From an uncultured delta proteobacterium (GTDB lineage Bacteria; Myxococcota; Myxococcia; Myxococcales; Myxococcaceae): a stretch of DNA of 64,000 nucleotides. The DNA is taken from the NCBI GenBank assembly GCA_963771175.1, contig CAVYSY010000033.1, positions 416,001-480,000 of the forward strand. The letters run 5' to 3'. Shown in pieces: positions 33,853 through 42,743 of this stretch. Within the stretch, counting starts at the first letter, position 1; every line of letters begins with the position of its first letter. The notes below the pieces were generated by a model that was not told where the DNA came from, searched no databases, and was given only the letters and a program-made list of their open reading frames with translations. Position numbers and translations under genes: made by a program.

Positions 33853-34212
33853 TCAGTGCCCCGCGTCCGTCCCGGCGTCCGCGGGCTGCGTGCCCGCATC
33901 ACCGTTGACCGTGCCGTCGCAGGAGGACGGCGCCGTGCCACCATCCGACAGGGTCGTGACGCAGGGCTCGACGTCGTAGCAGTGGTACGGATCCGTGCCG
34001 CCATCCGGAGCGGGCGTGTCGCAGGGAGGCATGCCGTAACAGGCCATCAGGGTGATGGCCGCCACCCCCGCGCCGGCCAGGCAGAACAGCCCCTTCAGCA
34101 TCACGCCCCCGCGCGGCGCCGACTCCATCATCGGCGCGCCGCAGTGCACGCACTCGGCGCTCGCGGGCGGGACGAAACCACGACACTTCTGACAGGAAGA
34201 GAGCGAGGACAT
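33853..34212 (-). CDS. Small zinc-ribbon / lipobox-CYG protein, candidate radical SAM substrate
   Basis: CQKC..CVHC, hydrophobic segment ending TLMAC-YG, acidic D(G/A)GT repeats; AGGAG RBS; divergent from the rSAM gene. Confidence 0.65.
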   Translation of the reverse strand: MSSLSSCQKCRGFVPPASAECVHCGAPMMESAPRGGVMLKGLFCLAGAGVAAITLMACYGMPPCDTPAPDGGTDPYHCYDVEPCVTTLSDGGTAPSSCDGTVNGDAGTQPADAGTDAGH

Positions 34213-34266
34213 CGGGACTCCTGGGTGCCACGGCCGCCGGAATGGCGGCCGACCGGGCGGGCCTTC

Positions 34267-34282
34267 AGCGAAGAGCGTGCCG
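34267..34282 (-). promoter_or_regulatory. Candidate sigma-54 (-24/-12) promoter
   Basis: Minus strand CGGCACGCTCTTCGCT (GG-N10-GC), about 55 bp upstream of the 34212 start. Confidence 0.4.
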
Positions 34283-34381
34283 CACGGAAGAGGCTGGAAT
34301 GACTGGGTTTCCGCGCTCAACCCCTCTGACAGGCATGTCAGGGGGAGGGGGTTGCGCCCGCTTCTTGCTCCAGCCGAACGT

Positions 34382-35637
34382 ATGTCCATGTTGCGCCGAC
34401 TCGACGTCACCCAGCCCGACCACCACCCCGCCTACGTGGTCTGGGAGCTGACCCTCCGCTGCGACCAGCCCTGCACCCACTGCGGCTCGCGCGCGGGCAC
34501 GCACCGCGCCCGACGAGCTCTCCACCGAGGAGGCGCTCGACGTGGTCCGGCAGCTCCGCGGCGATGCGCGCCCGTGAGGTGGTGCTCATCGGCGGCGAGG
34601 CCTACCTGCACCCGGGCTTCCTCGACATCGTCCGCGCGCTGAAGGCCGCGGGCATCCGCCCGAGGCTGACCACCGGTGGGCGCGGCATCACCGAGGCCCT
34701 CGCCCGACAGATGGCCGAGGCCGGGCTGTACGCGGCCTCCGTCAGCATCGACGGGCTGGAGCCGACGCATGACCTGATGCGCGCCGCCCCGGCAGCTTCG
34801 CCTCGGCCACCGGGGCGCTCCGTTCGCTGGGCGCGGCCGGCGTGCTCGATGGCCGCCAACACCAACCTCAACCGGCTCAACCAGGCGGACCTGGAGCCGC
34901 TCTACGAGCACCTCGCGGGCCTGGGCATCCGCGCCGTGGCAGGTTCAGATCACCGCGCCCGCTCGGGCGCGCGGCCGACCGCCCGGCGATGCTGCTCCAA
35001 CCGTGGGACCTGATGGACGTGCGTCCCACGCATCGCGGCCCTGAAGACGCGCGCCTTCGAGGACGGCATCACCCTCATGCCCGGCAACAACCTCGGGTAC
35101 TTCGGGCCCGAGGAGGGACTGCTGCGCTCCCTCCGCCCCGATGGCCGGGGACCACTGGCGGGGCTGCCAGGCGGGCCGGTACGTCATGGGCATCGAGTCC
35201 GATGGAGCGGTGAAGGGATGCCCCTCGCTCCAGACGGCGCACTACGTCGGCGGCAACCTGCGCCAGCAGCCCCTGCGCGACATCTGGGAGCGGCTCGCGG
35301 GAGCTCGCCTTCACGCGCACGCGCACCGTCGACGACCTCTGGGGCTTCTGCCGCACCTGCCCCTTCGCCGCGACGTGCATGGCCGGCTGCAGCTTCACCG
35401 CCCACGCCCTGTTCGGCAGGCCGGGCAACAACCCCTACTGCCACTACCGCGCGCGGACGCTGGCGAAGCAGGGCCTCCGCGAGCGCCTCGTCCCCGAAGG
35501 CCCCCGCCCCCGGCCAACCCTTCGACAACGGCCTGTTCGAGCTGGTGCTCGAGCCGCTCGACGCACCGGACCCGCGCCCGCCCACGCCGCGAGAGTTGGT
35601 GAAGAAACGAAAGTGGCGGGAAGTTGGTACGCCGTGA
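34382..35637 (+). CDS. Radical SAM/SPASM domain protein, multiple frameshifts
   Basis: VVWELTLRCDQPCTHCGSRAG (CxxxCxxC), IGGEAYL, SVSIDG, GNNLGYFGP, CQAG..GIESDGAVKGCPSL, CRTCPFAATCMAGC..NPYC recovered from alternating frames. Confidence 0.85.
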
Positions 35638-35686
35638 GGCATCCGGGGCATGCTGGCGCATCTCGCGGCCGGCTCCGGAGGCTTCC

Positions 35687-37408
35687 ATGGCATCCCCCGT
35701 GTTTGGATTCGCCGATCTGCACTGCCACACGATGGCGCACCTGGGCTTTGGCGGGCACCTGCTCGCCGGACGCCCGGATGGAGACATCGCGCAGGCGCTC
35801 GCCCGCTGTGACATCCATCTCCACGGCAAGTGGGGCATCGGCAACTTCGGGAAGGATTGGCCGCTGGTGCAGGCCTTCATCGAGGGCGGCCTGGGTCACG
35901 GCCCCTGTGGCCACGACACCTACGCCGACTGGCCCCACTTCAACACCATGGTCCACCAGCAGGTCTTCGTGGACTGGCTCAAGCGGGCTCACGATGGAGG
36001 GCTGCGGCTGCTGTGCAGCGTGGCCGTCAACAACGAACTCCTCGCGGAGGAGAGCCACCATCCCGACAGCGACCAGAGCTCCATCGAGAAGCAGATGGCC
36101 GAACTGCGCCGCTTCACCGAGCGGCACGCGGACTGGATGGGCCTGGCCCTGAGCGCCTCGCAGGCCCGCCAGCTCATCGCGTCCGGCAAGCTGGCCGTGG
36201 TGGCCAGCGTGGAGGTGGACTCGCTGGACAGCCTCCTGGGCAACCGCAAGGCGCTCGGCGAGAAGCCCCTCACCCTGGAGCAGCTTCCCCGCATCCTCCA
36301 ATGGCTCCGGGACCAGGGCTTCCGGATGATGACGCCGCTGCACCTGAGCAACAACAGCTTCGGCGGCGCCGCCGTCTACGACGACAAGTTCAACCTGCTG
36401 AACCACTTCCTGCGCGGGCACTTCTTCGACGTGCGGGGCAACCCCAGCGTGGGTTTCCGGCTCGGGCAGGACATGAACACCCAGACCAAGCTGTCCGTCT
36501 CCGTCTACGAGCTCACTCGCCGGGCGCACTACCCCCGGGGCTACAAGGACAACGCACCGGGGCAGGGCCACATCAACGCGCTCGGGCTCACCCCCACGGG
36601 CGAGGTCTTCCTGCGCGAGGCCATGCGTCAGGGCTTCATCCTCGACCTGGAACACATGTCCGAGCTCTGCACCGACGCCGTCATTGCCCTGGCCGAGCGG
36701 CACCACTACCCCCTCGTCTCCTCGCACTGCGCCTTCCGCGAGCAGGGCCTGGAGCCCCAGGAGACGAGCTTCAAGTCCAAGCGCGCCAACGAGTACATGA
36801 AGACGCGCGAGCAGGCGTGGCGCATCCTCGCGCTGGGCGGGATGCTGGCGCCCATCACCAACCAGCACGAGCTGAAGGACTTCCCCGGCAGCACGGTGGA
36901 GAACGACTGCGCGCGCTCGTCCAAGACGTGGGCGCAGTCCTACCAGTACGCCCTCTCCTTGCTGCGCGAGGTGGGCTCCGGCGGCGTGGCCATGGGCACC
37001 GACTTCAACGGCCTCAATCAGCAGCCGGGGCCCCGGTATGGGCCCAACGCCGCCTGCGGGCTGAAGGGGGACAAGCTGCGCGAGAAGCAGCTCCCCATCC
37101 AGCAGATGCTCCAGCGCAACAAGCCGCCACTGCCCTACTCCGGCACCATGCACCGGACGAACGTGCCCTTCGTGCGCTCGCGCGCCGGCACCCGCGAGTT
37201 CGACTTCAACACCGACGGGCTGGCCCACATCGGCCTGCTGCCGGACCTCATCCGCGACCTCCTCCACGTGGGCATGACGGACGCGCAGCTCGACCCGCTC
37301 TTCTCCTCGGCCGAGGCCTTCCTCCGCATGTGGGAGACCTGTGAGACCCGCTCCGCCGCCAATCTCGCCGGCGAGCTGGTGGATGCGGCGATTCCCCGGC
37401 TCACGTAG
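35687..37408 (+). CDS. M19 membrane/renal dipeptidase family amidohydrolase
   Basis: FADLHCH, EVDS, DLEHMS, VSSH, MGTDFNG, GLAHIGLLPD. Confidence 0.8.
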   Translation: MASPVFGFADLHCHTMAHLGFGGHLLAGRPDGDIAQALARCDIHLHGKWGIGNFGKDWPLVQAFIEGGLGHGPCGHDTYADWPHFNTMVHQQVFVDWLKRAHDGGLRLLCSVAVNNELLAEESHHPDSDQSSIEKQMAELRRFTERHADWMGLALSASQARQLIASGKLAVVASVEVDSLDSLLGNRKALGEKPLTLEQLPRILQWLRDQGFRMMTPLHLSNNSFGGAAVYDDKFNLLNHFLRGHFFDVRGNPSVGFRLGQDMNTQTKLSVSVYELTRRAHYPRGYKDNAPGQGHINALGLTPTGEVFLREAMRQGFILDLEHMSELCTDAVIALAERHHYPLVSSHCAFREQGLEPQETSFKSKRANEYMKTREQAWRILALGGMLAPITNQHELKDFPGSTVENDCARSSKTWAQSYQYALSLLREVGSGGVAMGTDFNGLNQQPGPRYGPNAACGLKGDKLREKQLPIQQMLQRNKPPLPYSGTMHRTNVPFVRSRAGTREFDFNTDGLAHIGLLPDLIRDLLHVGMTDAQLDPLFSSAEAFLRMWETCETRSAANLAGELVDAAIPRLT

Positions 37409-37561
37409 GTGTCCAGCCCATCACCCTCATGGCCTGACCCACGGAGCCCACACGTCGGGAATACGAAAAATCATCCGGTGTCTTGGAGGCCCACCAGGGA
37501 ACCGGGCCCTTCGTGGCTCGCTCACCCTCTCCCCCTGGTTGATCGCCCTTCGAGCCCCATC

Positions 37562-38734
37562 ATGACCACTTCCCGACGGCAGTTCCTCCAGTTCTCCCTG
37601 GCCACGGCCTCGCTGGTGGCATGCGCCCCGAGCATGCGGGCCCTGTCCGGTGAAGAGCGCTCCTCCACCCCCTCGAAGAAGAAGATTCTCGTCCTCGGAG
37701 GGACGGGCTTCCTCGGCCCGGCCTTCGTCACCGCGGCGCAGGCGCGCGGGCACGAGCTGACGCTCTTCAACCGCGGCAAGACCCGGCCGGAGCTCTTCCC
37801 CAACGTGGAGAAGCTGCACGGAGACCGAGACCCGAACAAGGATGAGGGCCTGAAGGCGCTCGAGGGCCGGAAGTTCGACGCGGTTCTCGACACCTCGGGC
37901 TACTACCCGCGCATGGTGCGCGCCTCCGCCGAGCTGCTGGCGCCCAACGTCGGGCAGTACGTCTACATCTCCAGCGTCTCGGCCTACGCGAAGAACGACA
38001 CGCCCCACGCGGACGAGAGCGCCGAGACCGCCACGCTCGCCGACCCCACCGTCGAGACGATGGGCAAGAACTTCGAGAACTATGGCGGGCTGAAGCGCGC
38101 GTGCGAGGAGGCCGCCGAGAAGGCGATGCCGGGCCGCGTCGCCAATGTCCGCCCCGGCTACATCGTCGGGCCCGAGGATCGCTCGGACCGCTTCACGTAC
38201 TTCCCCCTGCGCTTCGAGAAGGGCGGCGAGATGCTCGCGCCGGGCAACCCCTCGGACCCGCTGCAGCTCATCGACGTGCGCGACCTGGCCGAGTGGCTCG
38301 TGGTGCTCATCGAGAACAACACGACGGGCATCTTCAACGCCGTGGGGCCGGAGAAGCCCTGGTCCATGGGAGAGCTGTTCGCGGCCTGCCAGGAGGTGAC
38401 GGGCGCGGACACGAAGCTCACCTGGGTGCCCGGGGAGTTCCTCCTGAAGAACGGCGAGGACGGCGAGGGCGCCATCCCCATCTGGGCGCCGGCCTTCGGG
38501 GCCTACGCGGGCATGCACCTGCGCAGCAACGCCAAGGCGGTGCGGGCCGGGCTGAAGTTCCGCTCGCCAGTCATCACCACCCGGGACACGCTCGCGTGGT
38601 TCAAGAGCCTGCCCGAGGAGCGCCGCAACAAGCCGCACGCCGGGCTCTCCCCGGAGCGCGAGGCGGAACTGCTCTCGCTGTGGGCGCGGGCCCAAGGCAC
38701 GCCGGGCCAGCCGACGACGGCTCAGGGTGGATAG
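37562..38734 (+). CDS. NAD-dependent epimerase/dehydratase family protein with Tat signal
   Basis: SRRQFL twin-arginine motif; LGGTGFLG; YxxxK (YGGLK); RPGYIVGP. Confidence 0.88.
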   Translation: MTTSRRQFLQFSLATASLVACAPSMRALSGEERSSTPSKKKILVLGGTGFLGPAFVTAAQARGHELTLFNRGKTRPELFPNVEKLHGDRDPNKDEGLKALEGRKFDAVLDTSGYYPRMVRASAELLAPNVGQYVYISSVSAYAKNDTPHADESAETATLADPTVETMGKNFENYGGLKRACEEAAEKAMPGRVANVRPGYIVGPEDRSDRFTYFPLRFEKGGEMLAPGNPSDPLQLIDVRDLAEWLVVLIENNTTGIFNAVGPEKPWSMGELFAACQEVTGADTKLTWVPGEFLLKNGEDGEGAIPIWAPAFGAYAGMHLRSNAKAVRAGLKFRSPVITTRDTLAWFKSLPEERRNKPHAGLSPEREAELLSLWARAQGTPGQPTTAQGG

Positions 38735-38906
38735 TCGTCCAGGGCTCACACCGCGGGGCGTGGTCCCCGGCCCCCTTGCGTCCCGCCTGGCAAGCAAGCG
38801 ACCCCCCTTCCCCCGTCTTGGAGCGGGGTAAGGCGGAGGAGCGCCCGTTGCCGCTCCGCGAGGGAGCATCACCTTTGCGCGAGCCAATCCACGCAGGGGG
38901 AAAGCC

Positions 38907-39338
38907 ATGGCGAACACCGACGTCGAGACACTGAACTCCTTCCTTCGCGGTGAAATCTCCGCGGTGGAGACCTACCGTCAGGCCATCGGCCACGTGTCGG
39001 ATGGACTCATTCGCGGCACGCTCGAGGACTGCCTGCACGACCACGAGCACCGTGTGGAGGCCATCCGCGAGCGCATCGAGAAACTCGGGGGCACGCCCGT
39101 CGAAAGCTCCGGCATCTGGGGCACCTTCGCGAAGCTGGTGCAGACGGGCGCCGATGTCCTGGGTGAGAAGACGGCCATCCAGGCTCTCGAGGAGGGCGAG
39201 GACCATGGGCTCTCGGACTACCAGCGCGACCTGGACAAGACCCATGGCGAGGCCCGCCGCTTCGTCCGCATGGAGCTGCTGCCCTCGCAGAAGCGCACCC
39301 ACGAGAGGATGAGCCGCATCAAGAAGACCATCCACTGA
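38907..39338 (+). CDS. Ferritin-like DUF2383 protein
   Basis: LNSFLRGEISAVETY..A, DHEH, LEEGEDHGL..Y. Confidence 0.85.
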   Translation: MANTDVETLNSFLRGEISAVETYRQAIGHVSDGLIRGTLEDCLHDHEHRVEAIRERIEKLGGTPVESSGIWGTFAKLVQTGADVLGEKTAIQALEEGEDHGLSDYQRDLDKTHGEARRFVRMELLPSQKRTHERMSRIKKTIH

Positions 39339-39483
39339 CGGAAGACAGCGTGGGCGTGACAGCACCGCCCAGGCCATGAGCAGCACGGTGAGCACCGGGA
39401 GGAGCGCCGCCGGACGCGCTCCTCCCGAGGGCCGGCTCGACAGGCTCTCGGTGGGCTCGGGACGGCCGTGTACACTCCTCCCA

Positions 39484-40464
39484 ATGGAGAGCCCCCTGCC
39501 CAAGGCGTGCCCCCGTTGTGGTGAGCCTCGCATCCTCGCGCCGGAGTGTCCGAGCTGCGGCGTCCTCTACGCCAAGGCGGAGGCCCGTGCGGCACGGCTC
39601 GCCACGCAGCCCGCTCCCGTCTCCTACGCCGAACCCGAGCGCCCTCCGCACCTCCCACCGGAAGGGCTCGCCTGGGGCGGAGACCTCGAGGACGCACGGC
39701 TCGAGCTGCGGATGCGCCAGTTCGCCCTTCCCGTGGCGCTCGGCATGGCCTGGCTGCTCGTGAATGCTCCGATGGGCGGCAGCCTCGTTCGCGTCTTCCT
39801 CTCCATGTGGGTCCACGAGTTGGGCCACGCCGTCACTGCCTGGTTCTGCGGCTTCCCCGCCATCCCCGGGCCCTGGGTCACCCGCATCTCGGAGACCCGC
39901 TCCACCCTCCTCTTCCTGCTCCTGGCCGCCTCGCTCGGAGGGCTCATCCTCCGCGGGTGGTTCACCCAGCGCCGCTCCCTGATGATCGCGGGCGCCACGG
40001 GGCTCGTCCTCCAGTTCGTGGGCACCGGGGTGCTGTCTCCCACGAAGGGCATACAGCTCTTCACCTTCGGGGGCGATGCCGGGTGCCTCGTCATTGGCAG
40101 CCTCCTGATGGCGACCGTCTACGCGCCCAGGGAGTCCTCCCTCCGGCGCGGCTGGCTGCACTGGGGCTACCTGGTCATCGGCGCCACGTCCTTCATGGAC
40201 GTCTTCTCCGAGTGGTGGGCCGCCCGGAGTGATTTCGAGCGAATCGCCTTCGGTGAGAACGAGGGCGTCGGGCTGAGCGATCCCTCCAAGCTCGTCGACG
40301 TCTACGGCTGGACCGAGACCGAGCTGGTCCGGCGCTACACCTGGCTGGGACTGGCCTGCCTGGCCGCGCTCGCCGTCCTCTACACGGTGGGACTGCTCCG
40401 CGCCCGCGCCGAGCTGCGCGCGCTGGAGCACGTCACCGGGGAAGCGGGCCCGCGGGCCCGCTAG
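39484..40464 (+). CDS. Membrane protein with N-terminal zinc ribbon and HExxH (M50-like metalloprotease)
   Basis: CPRC..CPSC; VHELGH; multiple TM helices; LSD motif. Confidence 0.7.
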   Translation: MESPLPKACPRCGEPRILAPECPSCGVLYAKAEARAARLATQPAPVSYAEPERPPHLPPEGLAWGGDLEDARLELRMRQFALPVALGMAWLLVNAPMGGSLVRVFLSMWVHELGHAVTAWFCGFPAIPGPWVTRISETRSTLLFLLLAASLGGLILRGWFTQRRSLMIAGATGLVLQFVGTGVLSPTKGIQLFTFGGDAGCLVIGSLLMATVYAPRESSLRRGWLHWGYLVIGATSFMDVFSEWWAARSDFERIAFGENEGVGLSDPSKLVDVYGWTETELVRRYTWLGLACLAALAVLYTVGLLRARAELRALEHVTGEAGPRAR

Positions 40465-40488
40465 CTCGACCCGAGGAGAGGGCGGGCC

Positions 40489-41688
40489 TCAGCGCGTCTT
40501 CCTGCCCTCCGAGGCGGAGGCGCCGGACGCCGACTGCGCCAGCGTCTGGATGGACTGGATACGCCGCTCCGCCTCCTGCGCGTCGAGGAAGATGTGCAGC
40601 ATGTCGCGGATGCTCGGCAGCGCCTTCGCCAGTGTCACGGGGTTGAGGAGCTGCGGCTCCACCCCGGCCTTGCGGCACGCGCGCGTCATGGTGGAGGGGG
40701 CGATGACGGGCGACAGGCCACAGCGCGCCACCAGCTCGTCGAAGAGGGAGCCGTGAAGCGCCTTGGAGGACGGCGCGGGCGCGGCCGGCGCCACCGTGGG
40801 CGCGGAGACCACCGGGGCTACCGGAGCGACGGGGTGAGCGTGAGCGTGGGCATGGGTATGGGCGGAGACGGGGGCGGGGGCCGGCGCGGCCGAAGCGGAC
40901 GCCTCGGACTCCGCCCGGCGCCGCAGCTCGGTGCGCACCTGGGCACGCAGCACCTCGATGTCCTCCGTCTTGGAACAGAAGGCATCCACCTTCACCGCCA
41001 GCGCCTCGGAGATGAGCTTCGAGTCGAAGCCGGCCGTCAGCCCCACCACGGCCACGTGGGCCGTCCCGGGCAGGGCCCTCACGGCGCGCACCCACTCCGG
41101 CCCATCCAGCCTCGGCATCTCCAGGTCCAGCAGGATGCAATCCACCGGCTGGGCTTCCAGGAGCTGCATGGCGTCCTCACCCGTCTCGGCGATGATGACG
41201 TCGTGGCCGTCCTTGCGCAGCGCATCCGAGGCGCGGAGCCGGAAGTCGATGCGGCCGTCCACCACCAGCACCCGCCGACGCCGGCCAGCGGACACCAACC
41301 GGGGCGTGCCGTCCGACTCGGGCACCTGCGTCAGCTCGTGGGCGCGCCGCACCACGTACGCCGAGTCGTAGGGCTTGCCCACGTAGTCGTTGGCGCCGTG
41401 CGACAGGCCCTTGAGCCGCTGCAGCACCGCCGCCTCGGTGGACAGCATCAACACCGGCAGGTGCGCGGTGCGAGGCACTCGGCGCAGCTCCTCCAGCAGG
41501 TCCACGCCCTCGCCATCCGGCAACAGCATGTCCAGGATGACCAGGTCGAAGTCCCCCTCACTCAGCGCCTTGCGGGCGACCGCGAGGCTCTCGCACAACG
41601 TGGTGCCAAAGCCGGCGGCGCTCAACACCCCGCGCATGTCCGCTCGCACCGTCGCGCTGTCGTCCACGATGAGCACACGTGCCTTCAT
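40489..41688 (-). CDS. Double-receiver response regulator with unknown C-terminal domain
   Basis: VLIVDDS..LDMLLPD..GANDYVGKP; second REC with LDLEMP; last gene of the che operon. Confidence 0.9.
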   Translation of the reverse strand: MKARVLIVDDSATVRADMRGVLSAAGFGTTLCESLAVARKALSEGDFDLVILDMLLPDGEGVDLLEELRRVPRTAHLPVLMLSTEAAVLQRLKGLSHGANDYVGKPYDSAYVVRRAHELTQVPESDGTPRLVSAGRRRRVLVVDGRIDFRLRASDALRKDGHDVIIAETGEDAMQLLEAQPVDCILLDLEMPRLDGPEWVRAVRALPGTAHVAVVGLTAGFDSKLISEALAVKVDAFCSKTEDIEVLRAQVRTELRRRAESEASASAAPAPAPVSAHTHAHAHAHPVAPVAPVVSAPTVAPAAPAPSSKALHGSLFDELVARCGLSPVIAPSTMTRACRKAGVEPQLLNPVTLAKALPSIRDMLHIFLDAQEAERRIQSIQTLAQSASGASASEGRKTR

Positions 41689-42743
41689 GACAATCCTTCC
41701 CTGGCGCTCGAGCGAGCAAGCGCCGTCAGCAAGGGTGGGATGTCCGGCAACCCCACCACATGCTGCGCAGCCCCGAGCCGAATGGCCTCACGAGGCATGC
41801 CGAATACCACGCAGGTTGATTCATCCTCCACCACCGTGGCGGCCCCCGCGCGTTTCAGCGCCGCCAGTCCCTCCGCCCCATCCCGTCCCATTCCCGTCAG
41901 CAAGCATCCAATGGCGGCCCCCCCCAGCTCGCGCGCCACGGACTCGAAGAGCTCGTCCACCGAGGGCCGGCACGAGTGCCGCTCCGGCCCCTCCACCACC
42001 CTCAGCCGCCCCCCCTTCACCACCAGGTGGCGGTTGCCGGGCGCCATCCGCACACTCACCCGGCCCGGCATGGGCAGCGGCTCGCCGTCCACCGCGTTGC
42101 GCACCTTCAAGCCGCTCTGCGCCTCCAGCCACTCGACCATGGCGGTGTCGAAGTTCTCGGTGATGTGCAGCACCAGTAACACCGGCAGCGGGAAGTCCGC
42201 TGGCAGCGAGCGGAGGATGTAGCGCACGGCCGCCGGGCCGCCCGTGGAGGCCCCCATCGCCAGCAACCGCGGCGGCACGGCCAGCGGGGCCACCCGGGGC
42301 GGCGCATTCACGTCCAAGTGCAACCGGGCCCGGACGTGGGTGATGACGCGCACGCGCGCCGCCACCCGGACCCGCGACACCAGCGTCTCCATCCACTTCG
42401 CGTCCAGCAGGCCGGAGGGCTTGTCCACCGCGTCCACCGCCCCCGCGGCCAGCGCATCCAGCGTCCGCAGGCCCTCCGTGCGGTTCTCCGCCGCCGAGAG
42501 CACGACGATGGGCGTGGGGCAGTGGGCCATGATGAGCTCGGTGGCGCGCAGCCCGTCCACCTTCGGCATCATCAGGTCCATCGTCACCACGTCCGGACGC
42601 AGGCGCTGGCACTGCTCGAAGGCCTGCTGACCATCCATGGCCTCGCCCACCACCTCGCACGTAGGCTCGAAGGCGAAGGCATCCGCCAGCCGGCGGCGCA
42701 CCGTCAGTGAGTCATCGACGATGAGGACTCGCAGGCGACTCAT
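41685..42743 (-). CDS. cheB: Chemotaxis methylesterase CheB (REC + methylesterase)
   Basis: GASTGGP, RPSVD, LTGMGRDGA, VVFGMP. Confidence 0.95.
   Translation of the reverse strand: MSRLRVLIVDDSLTVRRRLADAFAFEPTCEVVGEAMDGQQAFEQCQRLRPDVVTMDLMMPKVDGLRATELIMAHCPTPIVVLSAAENRTEGLRTLDALAAGAVDAVDKPSGLLDAKWMETLVSRVRVAARVRVITHVRARLHLDVNAPPRVAPLAVPPRLLAMGASTGGPAAVRYILRSLPADFPLPVLLVLHITENFDTAMVEWLEAQSGLKVRNAVDGEPLPMPGRVSVRMAPGNRHLVVKGGRLRVVEGPERHSCRPSVDELFESVARELGGAAIGCLLTGMGRDGAEGLAALKRAGAATVVEDESTCVVFGMPREAIRLGAAQHVVGLPDIPPLLTALARSSAREGLS

Noticed and set aside
34382..35637. Programmed frameshifting or definite pseudogene status for the rSAM gene
   Set aside because: There are too many indels for programmed recoding and all catalytic motifs are retained; assembly error is the simpler explanation.
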